From positions 1 through 37,654 of the forward strand of contig CBDHEC010000055.1 of NCBI GenBank assembly GCA_965261975.1: DNA of 37,654 bases, in the 5' to 3' direction. This stretch comes from Alphaproteobacteria bacterium (GTDB lineage Bacteria > Pseudomonadota > Alphaproteobacteria > UBA6615). Positions 37,576-37,654 of the stretch are shown piece after piece. The notes below the pieces were generated by a model. That model saw only the letters and a program-made list of their open reading frames with translations. It did not search any database and was not told where the DNA came from. The stretch's first letter is position 1; each line of letters begins with the position of its first letter. The translations under genes were made by a program, and so were the position numbers.

Positions 37576-37654
37576 TTGGCGCACCAAGCGTTGGGCAAGC
37601 TCACCGGCGGTATCGCCCACGACTTCAACAATCTGCTGGCCATTATCCTGGGAC
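37576..37654 (+). pseudogene. Hybrid histidine kinase H-box fragment running off the window end
   Basis: ALGKLTGGIAHDFNNLLAIILG; in-frame TAG at 37492-37494 leaves no room for a sensor domain. Confidence 0.65.

Noticed and set aside
37320-37643. 108-aa N-terminal extension of the TAXI ORF
   Set aside because: A good RBS and signal peptide begin at 37319; the extension is intergenic DNA and antisense kinase fragment.

Overview
A GC-rich bacterial window, most consistent with a free-living (probably marine, Rhodospirillales-like) alphaproteobacterium; this taxonomy is inferred from gene content and promoter style. It is mostly accessory catabolism and transport. Contents: a truncated ccoN with an FNR box, assorted hydrolases and dehydrogenases, an orphan xanthine-dehydrogenase-family Mo subunit, a NitT/TauT ABC operon plus purU, an NpRdhA-type B12 reductive dehalogenase, a Rieske/small protein/amidohydrolase-fold operon resembling AibGH-type oxygenases, ppk2, and TRAP/TAXI transporters. 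The best candidate for an undescribed system is at 18.9-19.95 kb. There a LuxO-like sigma54 activator (5' part lost) converges on two tandem sigma54 promoters of identical architecture. One promoter drives an apparently leaderless 70-aa protein and the other a ~75-nt anti-Shine-Dalgarno sRNA, a LuxO/Qrr-like arrangement outside Vibrio. A second unannotated element at 23.05-23.24 kb is a terminated, structured transcript whose 23-codon ORF has an SD perfectly complementary to the 16S 3' end. Data-quality caveats: three +1 homopolymer frameshifts and two abrupt gene-fragment junctions (~60 and ~18910) may be sequencing, assembly or amplification artefacts. No rRNA, tRNA, CRISPR or IS element was found.
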